IMG/VR virus record: IMGVR_UViG_3300024051_000003
Location: 13,120 to 77,119 of that record
DNA length: 64,000 nucleotides
Reading direction: 5' to 3' (one strand)
Source: a virus
The translations under genes and the position numbers were made by a program. Under the pieces are notes generated by a model. It saw only the letters and a program-made list of their open reading frames with translations, searched no databases and had not been told where the DNA came from. Positions within the stretch are counted from its first letter, which is position 1; every line of letters begins with the position of its first letter. Shown here piece after piece: positions 43,753-52,392 of the stretch.

Positions 43753-44634
43753 TCAGTAAGAGCTCGAATCGAAGTTAGGCTGGCTCACTTCCAGCGCGTC
43801 AGTGAGGCCACAGCGCGGGCACCAATCGAAGTGCTCAAAATATTCATCCCAACCGTCAGACCAGTCGTTAACCAAAAATTCCTGGCCCGTCTTGCTCACC
43901 AGAAGATCACAGCGCGTGCAATACACCTCAGCATTTTGCACATCCCACCAATACCCATCACGCCCCAACAGGGCGATAGGGGACGTGTAACCACCGCGAA
44001 CATCAGCGCCGCCGTGGTACTGGAGCAGAAAAAGATCCTCCCCATACTTACCAACACCCTCGATCGTGACCATCTGGAACGTTTCGTTAAACAACGTCTG
44101 ATCGTTGTACGTGTTCCAAGTTCGGCACCTTCTGCCCTCACTCTCCGCGAGTTCGGCGGCAAAACTGCGCATGTCCTCAAGGTGTGGCGTGCGAGAGTCA
44201 GAGTTCTCCTCCACCCACTTATCAAAGCGTTTCTGCCACTTCTTTGAGTATTCGAACCGCTCCACAAGATAGTGCCACCCGTCAATCCACAGGTAATCAA
44301 CCACTTCCGGGTGGATCAGTTCGCCATCCTCATCAGTAGCGCCCGTGCACCAGCACCTGAAACGGACACGGGACTCACAGCGCCCCGTCCCGACATGCTC
44401 GTGCCCGTCTCGTTCACACCGGCATTCGTCAGTGTCAGAGATTTCAGCACCAGCCTCAGGCCGCGCGGCAAACGCCTCCCAGTCCTTAAACCTCTGGTTC
44501 CGCTGCCACGCCCTGCCAAAATCCATTCCAGAGTCAAGGGGGTGAATCCCCGTGTTCTGTCGGAACAGTTCCGTGACCTTACGCGCCGTGCGCAACATGT
44601 CCGGGTTTGCTTTGATCTGCTCAATGCTAGGCAT
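43753..44634 (-). CDS. hypothetical protein with Cys/His clusters
   Basis: 293 aa, RBS gagga; CRC..H..C, CTRC, CPRC. Confidence 0.65.
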   Translation of the reverse strand: MPSIEQIKANPDMLRTARKVTELFRQNTGIHPLDSGMDFGRAWQRNQRFKDWEAFAARPEAGAEISDTDECRCERDGHEHVGTGRCESRVRFRCWCTGATDEDGELIHPEVVDYLWIDGWHYLVERFEYSKKWQKRFDKWVEENSDSRTPHLEDMRSFAAELAESEGRRCRTWNTYNDQTLFNETFQMVTIEGVGKYGEDLFLLQYHGGADVRGGYTSPIALLGRDGYWWDVQNAEVYCTRCDLLVSKTGQEFLVNDWSDGWDEYFEHFDWCPRCGLTDALEVSQPNFDSSSY

Positions 44635-44684
44635 GATGTCCTCACTTGTTTGAGTGTGTGTAAGCTGCTCTCACTAATAGCGCA

Positions 44685-44700
44685 TTTTCAGACCATTTGA
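44685..44700. promoter_or_regulatory. recurrent operator-like motif copy
   Basis: ttttcagaccatttga upstream of 43753-44634. Confidence 0.4.
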
Positions 44701-44750
44701 TCTCGCGCCGGAAAGACCTACCTGTGGCAGGTCAGGAAAAGAATTAGGGG

Positions 44751-44785
44751 AAACACAAAGCCTCACACCTAGCACGGTGTGAGGC
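44751..44785 (-). terminator. terminator (minus strand)
   Basis: gcctcacacc/ggtgtgaggc plus tttgtgttt. Confidence 0.75.
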
Positions 44786-44797
44786 AATGAGAGTTAC

Positions 44798-45118
44798 CTA
44801 GTCTAAAAGTTCCGGATCGTCCTCTACTTCATCCACCCAGAACACGCGGGGCCACCCGTTACCCTCTCGCAACGTGGCGTTACCTACGCCGGGAACACAA
44901 TCCTCAAGTTCTGAAAGAACCTGCTGATTGTGAGCGTCCGCTTCCTCAGCGGTCAGATCACCCAAAGCCGCATCACTCGCGAACTCCGCCACGTGATCAG
45001 TGAACTCTCGCACCAGATCCATGAAGTAATCCCACGCCTCATCTATAGCGCGGAAACAACCAATCTGCTCAGGATCCTCAGGAAGATAACCCGGCATATT
45101 TGAGCCAACGGTAAACAT
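44798..45118 (-). CDS. acidic hypothetical protein
   Basis: 'GSNMPGYLPE'; RBS gaggg. Confidence 0.6.
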   Translation of the reverse strand: MFTVGSNMPGYLPEDPEQIGCFRAIDEAWDYFMDLVREFTDHVAEFASDAALGDLTAEEADAHNQQVLSELEDCVPGVGNATLREGNGWPRVFWVDEVEDDPELLD

Positions 45119-45439
45119 TACTTACCCTCACATTCCATCCACGCATCACGCGGCATAGCAGGATCACACAATTTCAGGCCGCACCCTTTGAGGCCCACAG
45201 TTAGCGCGATAACGCCAACAACTAGCACGATAAGAGCCTTACGCCCTTCACTCATTCCAGACCCTTGTAAAAGCTAGTTCTGGCAGTAGCCATTTTGAAG
45301 TCTCTAGCCTTGCGCCGTTGTAACGTGCGCTCTTTATCCATAGCGCGGATAACGTGATGCATGATCTTCCCTTCCTGAAGTAACAGCCCTCACCCATAGC
45401 GCGGATGAGGGCTGTTTGAATATGTTGTTGTGTTGGCTA

Positions 45440-45835
45440 CTAGTTAGCCAGTTTCATGCGGACAATCTCACCGGCGCGCATCTGACAGACCACCCGGTCA
45501 CCCACATGGAAGTTAGTTACCGCGTAGCCCACTTGAGCATCAGCCACGGTGCTCACCCGCTTACCATCAATGAGAACCCACCACCTAGGGTTACCATAAG
45601 CGCTGTTACGGCGTCTCTCAGACTCTCCCGTGATAGTTCCCACCAGTTCCTTAATACGGCGCGGATTAGGCGCCTTAGGCTGTTTCACGCGCTCCACGCG
45701 CCCATCCGCGTAGTGAGTCTCATGGTAGATGTTGCCACCTACAAAATCAGCGTAAACGATCTTTTCATCGTCCACACCTACAACCCACACGCCATGCTTT
45801 TCAGCAAACCTAACCGCTTGCTCTTCCCTACTCAT
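45440..45835 (-). CDS. hypothetical protein
   Basis: RBS ggag; MSREEQAVRF... Confidence 0.55.
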   Translation of the reverse strand: MSREEQAVRFAEKHGVWVVGVDDEKIVYADFVGGNIYHETHYADGRVERVKQPKAPNPRRIKELVGTITGESERRRNSAYGNPRWWVLIDGKRVSTVADAQVGYAVTNFHVGDRVVCQMRAGEIVRMKLAN

Positions 45836-45869
45836 AGCCAACTCCCAGACTTGAAGAAACTCTCTACAG

Positions 45870-46376
45870 TTAGCGCACACCCGGCGCACTTGACACCCCG
45901 GGGATAACATCAGCACGCAACCATTCGCGCACCATAAGACTCACCGCGTGAGATTTGAAGAAAGACGGCTCACCACTAATCGGCTGCCTACGATCAACCT
46001 TAATCGTGGCAATCCACTGCCCACGCTCATTGCGCTGGAAAGACAAGATACCCACCTCGCCCCGGAAGTACCCCCGCACGGCCTCATCCCTGTGAGTTCG
46101 GTGCCAGTGGAATTGCGCACCATCCACCTCGCACCAGTACGCGTGAGCCTCCACATAGGGCATGTAGTGCAAGCCGGAAGACTCGCCTAACACCTCGTAC
46201 CCATAGAACTCCACGGGTACACCTAGTTGCCGTGATTTTTCGGCGCGCAACTCAATAATCTTGCGCCTAATGGTGGCCTGTGACCAGCGCCCGTCAATGC
46301 GGAACACCTCATCGAACCGCAATTCCTGATTCTTGAATACGCCATGCCTACCGCGTAGGATCCAAGTTTTTGCCAT
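45870..46376 (-). CDS. hypothetical protein
   Basis: MAKTWILRG... Confidence 0.55.
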   Translation of the reverse strand: MAKTWILRGRHGVFKNQELRFDEVFRIDGRWSQATIRRKIIELRAEKSRQLGVPVEFYGYEVLGESSGLHYMPYVEAHAYWCEVDGAQFHWHRTHRDEAVRGYFRGEVGILSFQRNERGQWIATIKVDRRQPISGEPSFFKSHAVSLMVREWLRADVIPGVSSAPGVR

Positions 46377-46542
46377 GTTTACCGTCACATCCCTTGTGTG
46401 TGTTTGTGCCTACACTCATAGCCGGAAAATTCACGGCTGGAGCACTGAAGAAAAAAGACCTACCTGTGGCAGGTCGAAAATTCACGGACTGGGCTCTGAA
46501 GATAGAGAGACCCGTGGCGGGGCGTCTGAAGAAAGCCGCGCC

Positions 46543-46719
46543 CTAGCGCTCATTCTCCCACTTGTAACCGCCATCACCCCATTGGAATCGGGCATACCCT
46601 TTGCCGGGTGCTGGTATGGGCGGAACTATATCCGCCCGTGGAAGTTCCATGGGCCGTGGCCGATAGTCTACCCGTACCTTGAGCGCGCGCTTGCGCGCCG
46701 TTTGGCCTAATGTGTCCAT
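46543..46719 (-). CDS. small hypothetical protein
   Basis: RBS gaggtg before MDTLGQTARKRALKV... Confidence 0.45.
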   Translation of the reverse strand: MDTLGQTARKRALKVRVDYRPRPMELPRADIVPPIPAPGKGYARFQWGDGGYKWENER

Positions 46720-46741
46720 AGCGTCACCTCGTAGCGTATCT

Positions 46742-47007
46742 TTGCGCCTATACCTATAGCCATGTTCCAAACATGGCGGCGCGGCTGAAAGTTGCCCACC
46801 TATGGCAGGCCACAATTTTTGCACCGCGTGATTTTTGGCGACATGATCGCCTATCACGTGATCGCCGCGTCACTTGAGCGCGCGGCGTTGCGCCTATACC
46901 TATAGCCATGTTCCAAACATGGCGGCGTATGCAGTAGGGCACAATAAGCGGGTGCAACCTAGCGCGCGGCGTTGCGCCTATACCTATAGCCATGTTCCAA
47001 ACATGGC
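46742..47007. repeat. three identical 36-bp direct repeats with an internal palindrome
   Basis: ttgcgcctatacctatagccatgttccaaacatggc at 46742-46777, 46888-46923 and 46972-47007. Confidence 0.95.
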
Positions 47008-47041
47008 CACATCACGTAATGGTAACGGAAAAAATTCTTAG

Positions 47042-47101
47042 TTGATACAATGGTTGGTACAAAAAAGCTTAGAATATGGGTTGGTACAAACCTTGGTACA
47101 A
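47042..47101. repeat. four TTG(G/A)TACAA 9-mers in an AT-rich tract
   Basis: 47042, 47054, 47081, 47093 (two doublets 12 bp apart, period 39 bp). Confidence 0.85.
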
Positions 47102-47116
47102 AGCTTTCACTTGGGC

Positions 47117-47156
47117 AAAAAAATATTCCCATAGGCTAATGGCCTATGGGAATATT
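47117..47156 (-). terminator. terminator / perfect inverted repeat
   Basis: aatattcccataggc/gcctatgggaatatt plus a T-tract on the minus strand. Confidence 0.75.
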
Positions 47157-47164
47157 GCTTGCCG

Positions 47165-48352
47165 TTAACCGCGTGCAAACAATCGCGCGCGGTTAGTTTT
47201 GATGCGCTTTGCCGCACCCTTTGAAGCGGCCAATGAGACACGGTTCAACTCCAGCGCGCGCCTATCGGCCTCAATCTTAGGCGCAAGACGCGCTAGGCGC
47301 TTTGCCGCGCGCCGCGCGCTATCATCGCGCGCGTCAATGGCAAGTAGCAAAGCGCGCGCGTCAATGTCGCCGCTTATCCCCATAGCGGCATTGATGGCGG
47401 CCGCTTCGCTTGGATACATGACCGTACTGTAATGGCGCGCGATCTGTGCAATGTCGCCTATCGTGATGGCGCGCGCCGCGTACATGGCGGACCAAGGTCT
47501 AACCGTGTAATGGTGATAATGTCTGCACTCATCAATGGTGTGCACATCAATGGGGAATTTCGCCGTAAAGGCTACTGATTTTTCCCCGTCAGTACTCCAT
47601 TCTTCCAGCACACTAGGCACGCGCTTTGCTACACGTACGCGCTTGGGCGCGTAGCCTATGCCGGTTGACATACCAGCACCGCCCATATCTGCCACGCGTA
47701 CGCCATCGGTGCATGTGCACGCGCGCCGATATAGGTGTGGTGTGGTGCAATCTGTGGTTGTAGCATCACGGTCACACCAATATTCGTGGGCTTCCAGCGC
47801 GGCAAAAAGTGAGTCTCCGATGGCGTCCACTTCGGCTTGAATATCCGCCACGCATGCGCTACACCCGCGCGCGCTCAAGGTATCGTGTACCGCGCAAGAC
47901 ACTTTGCCATCTACGGCCTGCCACACATCACTGCAAAGCGCGCGCGCGATATACACTGCGGAGATGCCGCCACGCGCGGTATCTCCGATACCGCGCATAA
48001 TTGCGGACAGGACCAAAGCGCGCGGCACACTTGCCACAGTGGCGCTTTCGACAGCGGATTGAATCACCCCGACGATTCCACGATCTGTGGAATCGTCTAC
48101 GCGCGCGCCGATCGCTTGCACGTCCAAGTAATCTAGCGATATCTCGCTATCGCGGCGCGCGCCATCACCCGCAATGAGTGAGTCACCGGCGTGAATGCCA
48201 GTGACAATGGCAGTAAGTGCGTTAAGTGTCTTGTTTGATGCGCTAGCAAGGTCCCATCTCTGTGCGATGAGATGCGTGGCCACGCTTACGCCATGCTCGG
48301 CAATGATCGCGTGGCACTGTGTGAGATCTTTCATGGTGAGTTTTGCGGTCAT
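47165..48352 (-). CDS. Ala/Arg-rich hypothetical protein with Cys/His motifs
   Basis: long open frame, RBS aaggag; 'CAVHD....GCSAC', 'CRRACTC', 'CRHYHHY'. Confidence 0.55.
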   Translation of the reverse strand: MTAKLTMKDLTQCHAIIAEHGVSVATHLIAQRWDLASASNKTLNALTAIVTGIHAGDSLIAGDGARRDSEISLDYLDVQAIGARVDDSTDRGIVGVIQSAVESATVASVPRALVLSAIMRGIGDTARGGISAVYIARALCSDVWQAVDGKVSCAVHDTLSARGCSACVADIQAEVDAIGDSLFAALEAHEYWCDRDATTTDCTTPHLYRRACTCTDGVRVADMGGAGMSTGIGYAPKRVRVAKRVPSVLEEWSTDGEKSVAFTAKFPIDVHTIDECRHYHHYTVRPWSAMYAARAITIGDIAQIARHYSTVMYPSEAAAINAAMGISGDIDARALLLAIDARDDSARRAAKRLARLAPKIEADRRALELNRVSLAASKGAAKRIKTNRARLFARG

Positions 48353-48412
48353 GGTGACCCACTCCTTTGATTGGGGCGCGCGGCTCATGCCGCGCGCCGG
48401 TGGTTGATATGA

Positions 48413-48652
48413 CTAGTCTTCTAGTCCTAGTGTTGTGGCTAGTTTTGCGGATAGCGCTTGCAAGTATTCAAGCCGAGTTCTCACCGACGGTGACAGCATG
48501 GCGCGCGGGCCAATGTCTTCGACGGTGTCAAGCGCGCCGGTGATCTGCCAGATTAGGCGATCTAGTTCGTTGCCGTAGGCGCGTAGTTCCTCGGATACGG
48601 CCATTACGCGCGCGCCGAAGCGCGGTATCTGAGTTTCGCTTGGTGTAGTCAT
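48413..48652 (-). CDS. small helical hypothetical protein
   Basis: RBS aagggg. Confidence 0.5.
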   Translation of the reverse strand: MTTPSETQIPRFGARVMAVSEELRAYGNELDRLIWQITGALDTVEDIGPRAMLSPSVRTRLEYLQALSAKLATTLGLED

Positions 48653-48664
48653 GCTTTACCCCTT

Positions 48665-48814
48665 TTAGTGTGCCGACTCTGACAGTACATAGGCGAGTAT
48701 TCCCATAGCGCTGATTAGCGCTATGGGTGCAAGCGCGAGCGTGCCTACTAGCACTATCAGCCAGTCAGGGAGACTAGCGATCTTCTTACGCGCGGTACCG
48801 TAAAAATTAATCAT
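48665..48814 (-). CDS. small membrane protein, possibly leaderless
   Basis: MINFYGTARKKIASLPDWLIVLVGTLALAPIALISAMGILAYVLSESAH; TGnTACCAT extended -10 lies 6 nt before the ATG. Confidence 0.45.
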   Translation of the reverse strand: MINFYGTARKKIASLPDWLIVLVGTLALAPIALISAMGILAYVLSESAH

Positions 48815-49181
48815 GTATACATGGTATCACATTAGCTAATCGTATACACGCGACTAGCACACAACCAAAAAAAACACAACCAAAATTCACCAAAATCACC
48901 CCCCACGATAACCGGCAGACCCGCCAACACCACCAGACCCCACGGCAGCTCCCCGCGCGCACTAGTTAACTTTTTGGGTTTCTAGAATGAAAATCTTGTG
49001 GCTGGGTGTTGGTGTCCTGGGTGTTTGTGGTCGTCGATGCTCTGCATCGCTCTAGGATGCACAGAATGGTGTCTGTGGGCTTCGTTGGGGGTTTCTGTGG
49101 GTGTTTCCCTATCTCTGATGGTTTGAGGTCGTTAGAGGGGCGTGTAGGGCTTGTATGTGTTTGCGCGAACCGGCACCTTTT

Positions 49182-49460
49182 TCATTGCCCTTCGTATTGC
49201 CAGAGGATGGCGTTGCAGGTTTCGTGGACTGCTCCGATGGTGAGCCCGGTTTTGTGGTTGTGGTGTAGGTGTACGGGGTAGTTGAAGAATCCTGTTGGGA
49301 AGAGCTTCCGGTTGATGGGGAGTGCTGCTAGGCGTGGCGGTAGGGGCGCGTCGAGGCGTTCTTTGCAGTACCAGCAGCGGCCTTTTTGTTCGCGGATGTA
49401 TTGTTCGCGGGTTTGGGGTCTTTGTTGTTGGGTGAGTTGCTTGTAGTTTTTGGGTTCCAT
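49182..49460 (-). CDS. endonuclease VII-like zinc protein
   Basis: 'QKGRCWYC', 'HLHHNHKTG..IGAVHETCN'. Confidence 0.7.
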   Translation of the reverse strand: MEPKNYKQLTQQQRPQTREQYIREQKGRCWYCKERLDAPLPPRLAALPINRKLFPTGFFNYPVHLHHNHKTGLTIGAVHETCNAILWQYEGQ

Positions 49461-49539
49461 GTGGGGCAGTGTATGTGGCTGCTTTTGGGGCGGCAATGTG
49501 TGGTTTTTGGGTTGCTGGTGTTTGCGCTGGTGGCGTGAC

Positions 49540-49734
49540 GTTTTCTTTGTGTGATCCGTATTTCTGAACGTGCGTTTGATGTTGCGGTTTCGTTGTTTTG
49601 GGTTGGCTGCACGGTGGTGTGTGCCTGCTTGGGGTTGGACGGCATGTGATACAGGTTTCGTGGGTTGTTCATTTCCGCTGGCGGGGACGTGTTTTCCTTG
49701 TGTAATCCGTATTTGCAAATGGTCGTTTGATGTT
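49540..49734. repeat. 44-bp imperfect direct repeat containing the extended recurrent motif
   Basis: 49540-49583 vs 49691-49734, 36/44 identical by manual alignment. Confidence 0.8.
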
Positions 49735-49863
49735 TAGTTTTTGCGCTTTTCTTGATTTTGGGGTGTGTACTGGTTGTGCAGCCCTCTTTAGGTGGGGGTT
49801 GCCGGTTATCCGGCCCGTGGGGGTTGGTGACTTTTCGCAGGTCAGAGCGTTGGAGGTTTTCTG

Positions 49864-50424
49864 ATGAGTCTTGTGCAGAGCACTTTCGTCAAACTCAGCA
49901 CGCCGAGTGGTGATTCGGTGTCTGTCAGTGTGGGCAGTGTGGTTGCTGTTCGTGAGTTGAGTTATGACAGCAGTAAGCATGGCCGGTCGTATGTTTATGC
50001 AGGTGGTGAGGGTTTCTTGGTGGTTGAGTCTGTCGCTGAGGTGTTTGACCTGATGCGCACTGCCGTCAGGGGGGTCTCTGAGGGCTCTGTGGAGGCTTCT
50101 TCGCGGGATGGCGGTGTGATTGCCCGTGAGGGTGCTACTGAGCCGTTCTATGGGGCTCCTGTGAGTGTTGATCCGATGGCTGTGGCGGAGGTGTTCCGTC
50201 CAGGGTCGGGTGATTGGGATTGGTCCCAGGAACTGGAGGATGTCAAGGGTTTGGGGAATGGCTTTGAGGAGCTCGTTGAGGATGTCCAACTCAATGGCGT
50301 GAAGGAGCCTGTGTTGTTGGGGGCGGATGGTCGCGTGTGGGATGGGCATCATCGCATTCTTGCGGCGATTGCGTGCGATTTGGAGACGATCCCTGTGGTG
50401 TTTAGTGGGGGCGGCAATGACTAG
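49864..50424 (+). CDS. ParB/Srx-like domain protein
   Basis: 'LVEDVQLNGVKEPVLL...VWDGHHRILAA'. Confidence 0.75.
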   Translation: MSLVQSTFVKLSTPSGDSVSVSVGSVVAVRELSYDSSKHGRSYVYAGGEGFLVVESVAEVFDLMRTAVRGVSEGSVEASSRDGGVIAREGATEPFYGAPVSVDPMAVAEVFRPGSGDWDWSQELEDVKGLGNGFEELVEDVQLNGVKEPVLLGADGRVWDGHHRILAAIACDLETIPVVFSGGGND

Positions 50425-50734
50425 AGCAGAGAGCGCCAAGATGGCTCATAGGGAAGAGGCCCTTGCTTGGCTGGAGCGCAGCTGGAACCGGAACCCTGAC
50501 GTTGATGCTAAGGAGATGCGCGCTGTTGCGCTCGCTCAAGTTCACGCCACTCTCGAACTTGCCGAGCAGCAGCGGATAGCGAACGTTATTGCTCTCGCGT
50601 CGGGGGCGCGAGTTGGGCAGGCGGGGTACGAGTATGGTGCGCGTGAGTATTTGATACGTCGCGACTCTAGGGGGTTGCCGGTCATTGTCCCGGAGGTTGC
50701 GGAGGCGCTTGGGATCGAGGTGGAGGATGACTGA
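50417..50734 (+). CDS. hypothetical protein (ATLELAEQQRIAN motif)
   Basis: motif shared with 29361-29846. Confidence 0.6.
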   Translation: MTRAESAKMAHREEALAWLERSWNRNPDVDAKEMRAVALAQVHATLELAEQQRIANVIALASGARVGQAGYEYGAREYLIRRDSRGLPVIVPEVAEALGIEVEDD

Positions 50735-51263
50735 TTTTGTTTTAGGGCAGCGTGTTCAGTTCACGGACGTGCTAACTCGCGCTGAGGTAACGGGCGGTGA
50801 GGCTACACCGTGGGCTGAGGGCGTTCTTGCCGCTCTTGACGTGAAACTATCAGCCCCTCATTACATTCATCACTCCCAGAAGTTCTGGCTCCCCGGCTCG
50901 GCATGCAGGGAGTGGCGTGCCTCTGGGGTGTGGGGCGAAAACTCTGTGTCAAAGAGGACCCCGGGCGTCATGTCTGGCGAGGGGGTTATTGTTCGTCGCG
51001 TGAAACTCAATTTGGGGTTCACGCTATTGCAGGGCCATGGCGAGCCTTCAGTGTGGATTAATCGTGGTTGTATGCCAGCATTTGAGGTGGCGTTTGATCT
51101 GAACCGTAAACCGGTTCTTGTACATTCGAGTATGTTGACTCCTTTGAAGCTCGTTGAGGAGCCTGACGATTGCCCGGCGTGCAGCCTCGAACGAATCCTG
51201 CATGACCGCCCGTACTGCTACCTGTGCGCTATCACACGCATCGAAGAATTGGAGAAGAAATGA
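50727..51263 (+). CDS. hypothetical protein
   Basis: RBS ggagg; C-terminal CxxC...CxxC. Confidence 0.55.
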   Translation: MTDFVLGQRVQFTDVLTRAEVTGGEATPWAEGVLAALDVKLSAPHYIHHSQKFWLPGSACREWRASGVWGENSVSKRTPGVMSGEGVIVRRVKLNLGFTLLQGHGEPSVWINRGCMPAFEVAFDLNRKPVLVHSSMLTPLKLVEEPDDCPACSLERILHDRPYCYLCAITRIEELEKK

Positions 51264-51532
51264 CGCCAACGACTGAGCATGTCCGAGCAGGGTATGTCCT
51301 CGGCGCAGTTGCCACTCTTGAAAAACTCGGGATCGAACCACCAGCGGGAACAGTGGACGGGCTGAAGGCCGAGTTCGACCGCTGGTATGCCGAGGAAATC
51401 CGTAAAGCCAAAGAGCAGGCATGGGATGAAGGTTTCACGAAGGGTTTCTACAGCGCGCAAGTGCTTCTACTAGATTCTGACGCATGTGAATCGCCAATAA
51501 ACAACCCCTACATGGGTGGCCTAGATGATTAG
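51260..51532 (+). CDS. hypothetical protein
   Basis: 'KEQAWDEGF...NPY' pattern seen in small actinophage proteins. Confidence 0.6.
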   Translation: MTPTTEHVRAGYVLGAVATLEKLGIEPPAGTVDGLKAEFDRWYAEEIRKAKEQAWDEGFTKGFYSAQVLLLDSDACESPINNPYMGGLDD

Positions 51533-51812
51533 GCAGCTCTTTGTGGCCCGTGCGCGACTTCGTATGCGGATTGAGCCTCTTCGCGTGGTAAGGAGGGCGC
51601 GGGAAGCTTAGGCGACCGTGCGGGCAGCTTCTATGGCGTTCTACGGCTTCCCACGCAGTGAAGATTTTGATGATCTGGATGATGCTGTGGCTCTCCTTCA
51701 GGAGTTGTGGGACATTCTTGATGATTGGCCGGGTGACGGCAATGTTCAACGATTTGAGAGGATGGTGAATCGTGGGCGTGATGGCTGTTCAGATTGTTTT
51801 GAATATCCTTAA
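51525..51812 (+). pseudogene. possible single gene interrupted by an in-frame TAG (51609-51611), or two small ORFs
   Basis: ATG 51525 and GTG 51618 are in the same frame, separated only by TAG. Confidence 0.3.
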
Positions 51813-51854
51813 GGAGGCCCTTGGCTGGCCACTTGCTGTCCTGGAGGAGGAATC

Positions 51855-52112
51855 ATGACCCAGAGGCGCATCACGGGATATAGTGAAGAATGCTGGACCC
51901 CAGTACTGTGCCCGGATCACGGTGAGTCAATGCTTCCGCGCGGGAGGGACTCGCCGTTCTGCAATTGTTGTGACAACTATCAAGAGCCGAGCATTAACCC
52001 CCGTCACCTATGTGACGAACATGACAGGGCTCGCCAGTACGTGGACAAAGACGGTTGGGATAAGCATTATGACGCTTGCCCGCGATGCAACCCAAAATTG
52101 GAGGAATTGTGA
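51855..52112 (+). CDS. Cys-rich small protein
   Basis: RBS ggaggagg; several Cys/His clusters. Confidence 0.6.
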   Translation: MTQRRITGYSEECWTPVLCPDHGESMLPRGRDSPFCNCCDNYQEPSINPRHLCDEHDRARQYVDKDGWDKHYDACPRCNPKLEEL

Positions 52113-52348
52113 GTTATCTTGTCTACCACACCGGCCCCGACGACCTCATCCCTTGCAAAACGTGGGAAGAGGCTGTCAATACGGCAAACGACATAAACAC
52201 TGAGTACGGGCAGTGGATTAATGCGCCGGAGCGGATATACCCCCTAGTTCCAGCGTGGGCCATCCCATATAGCCAGGAAACCTACGAAGCTCAGTGGAAC
52301 ACCACGCTGGAAGACGAGTTTTGGGAAGATCGGGTTGGATGTTCTTGA
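52109..52348 (+). CDS. hypothetical protein
   Basis: GTGA overlap, RBS ggagg. Confidence 0.55.
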   Translation: MSYLVYHTGPDDLIPCKTWEEAVNTANDINTEYGQWINAPERIYPLVPAWAIPYSQETYEAQWNTTLEDEFWEDRVGCS

Positions 52349-52392
52349 GCGGGTTTTCGGGAAGATTGAATTGAAAGGATGAGTGGCCCTCA

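Noticed and set aside
46742-47007. CRISPR array
   Set aside because: Only three repeats, spacers of 110 and 48 nt, shared flanking sequence between copies, and no cas genes; kept as a non-CRISPR repeat
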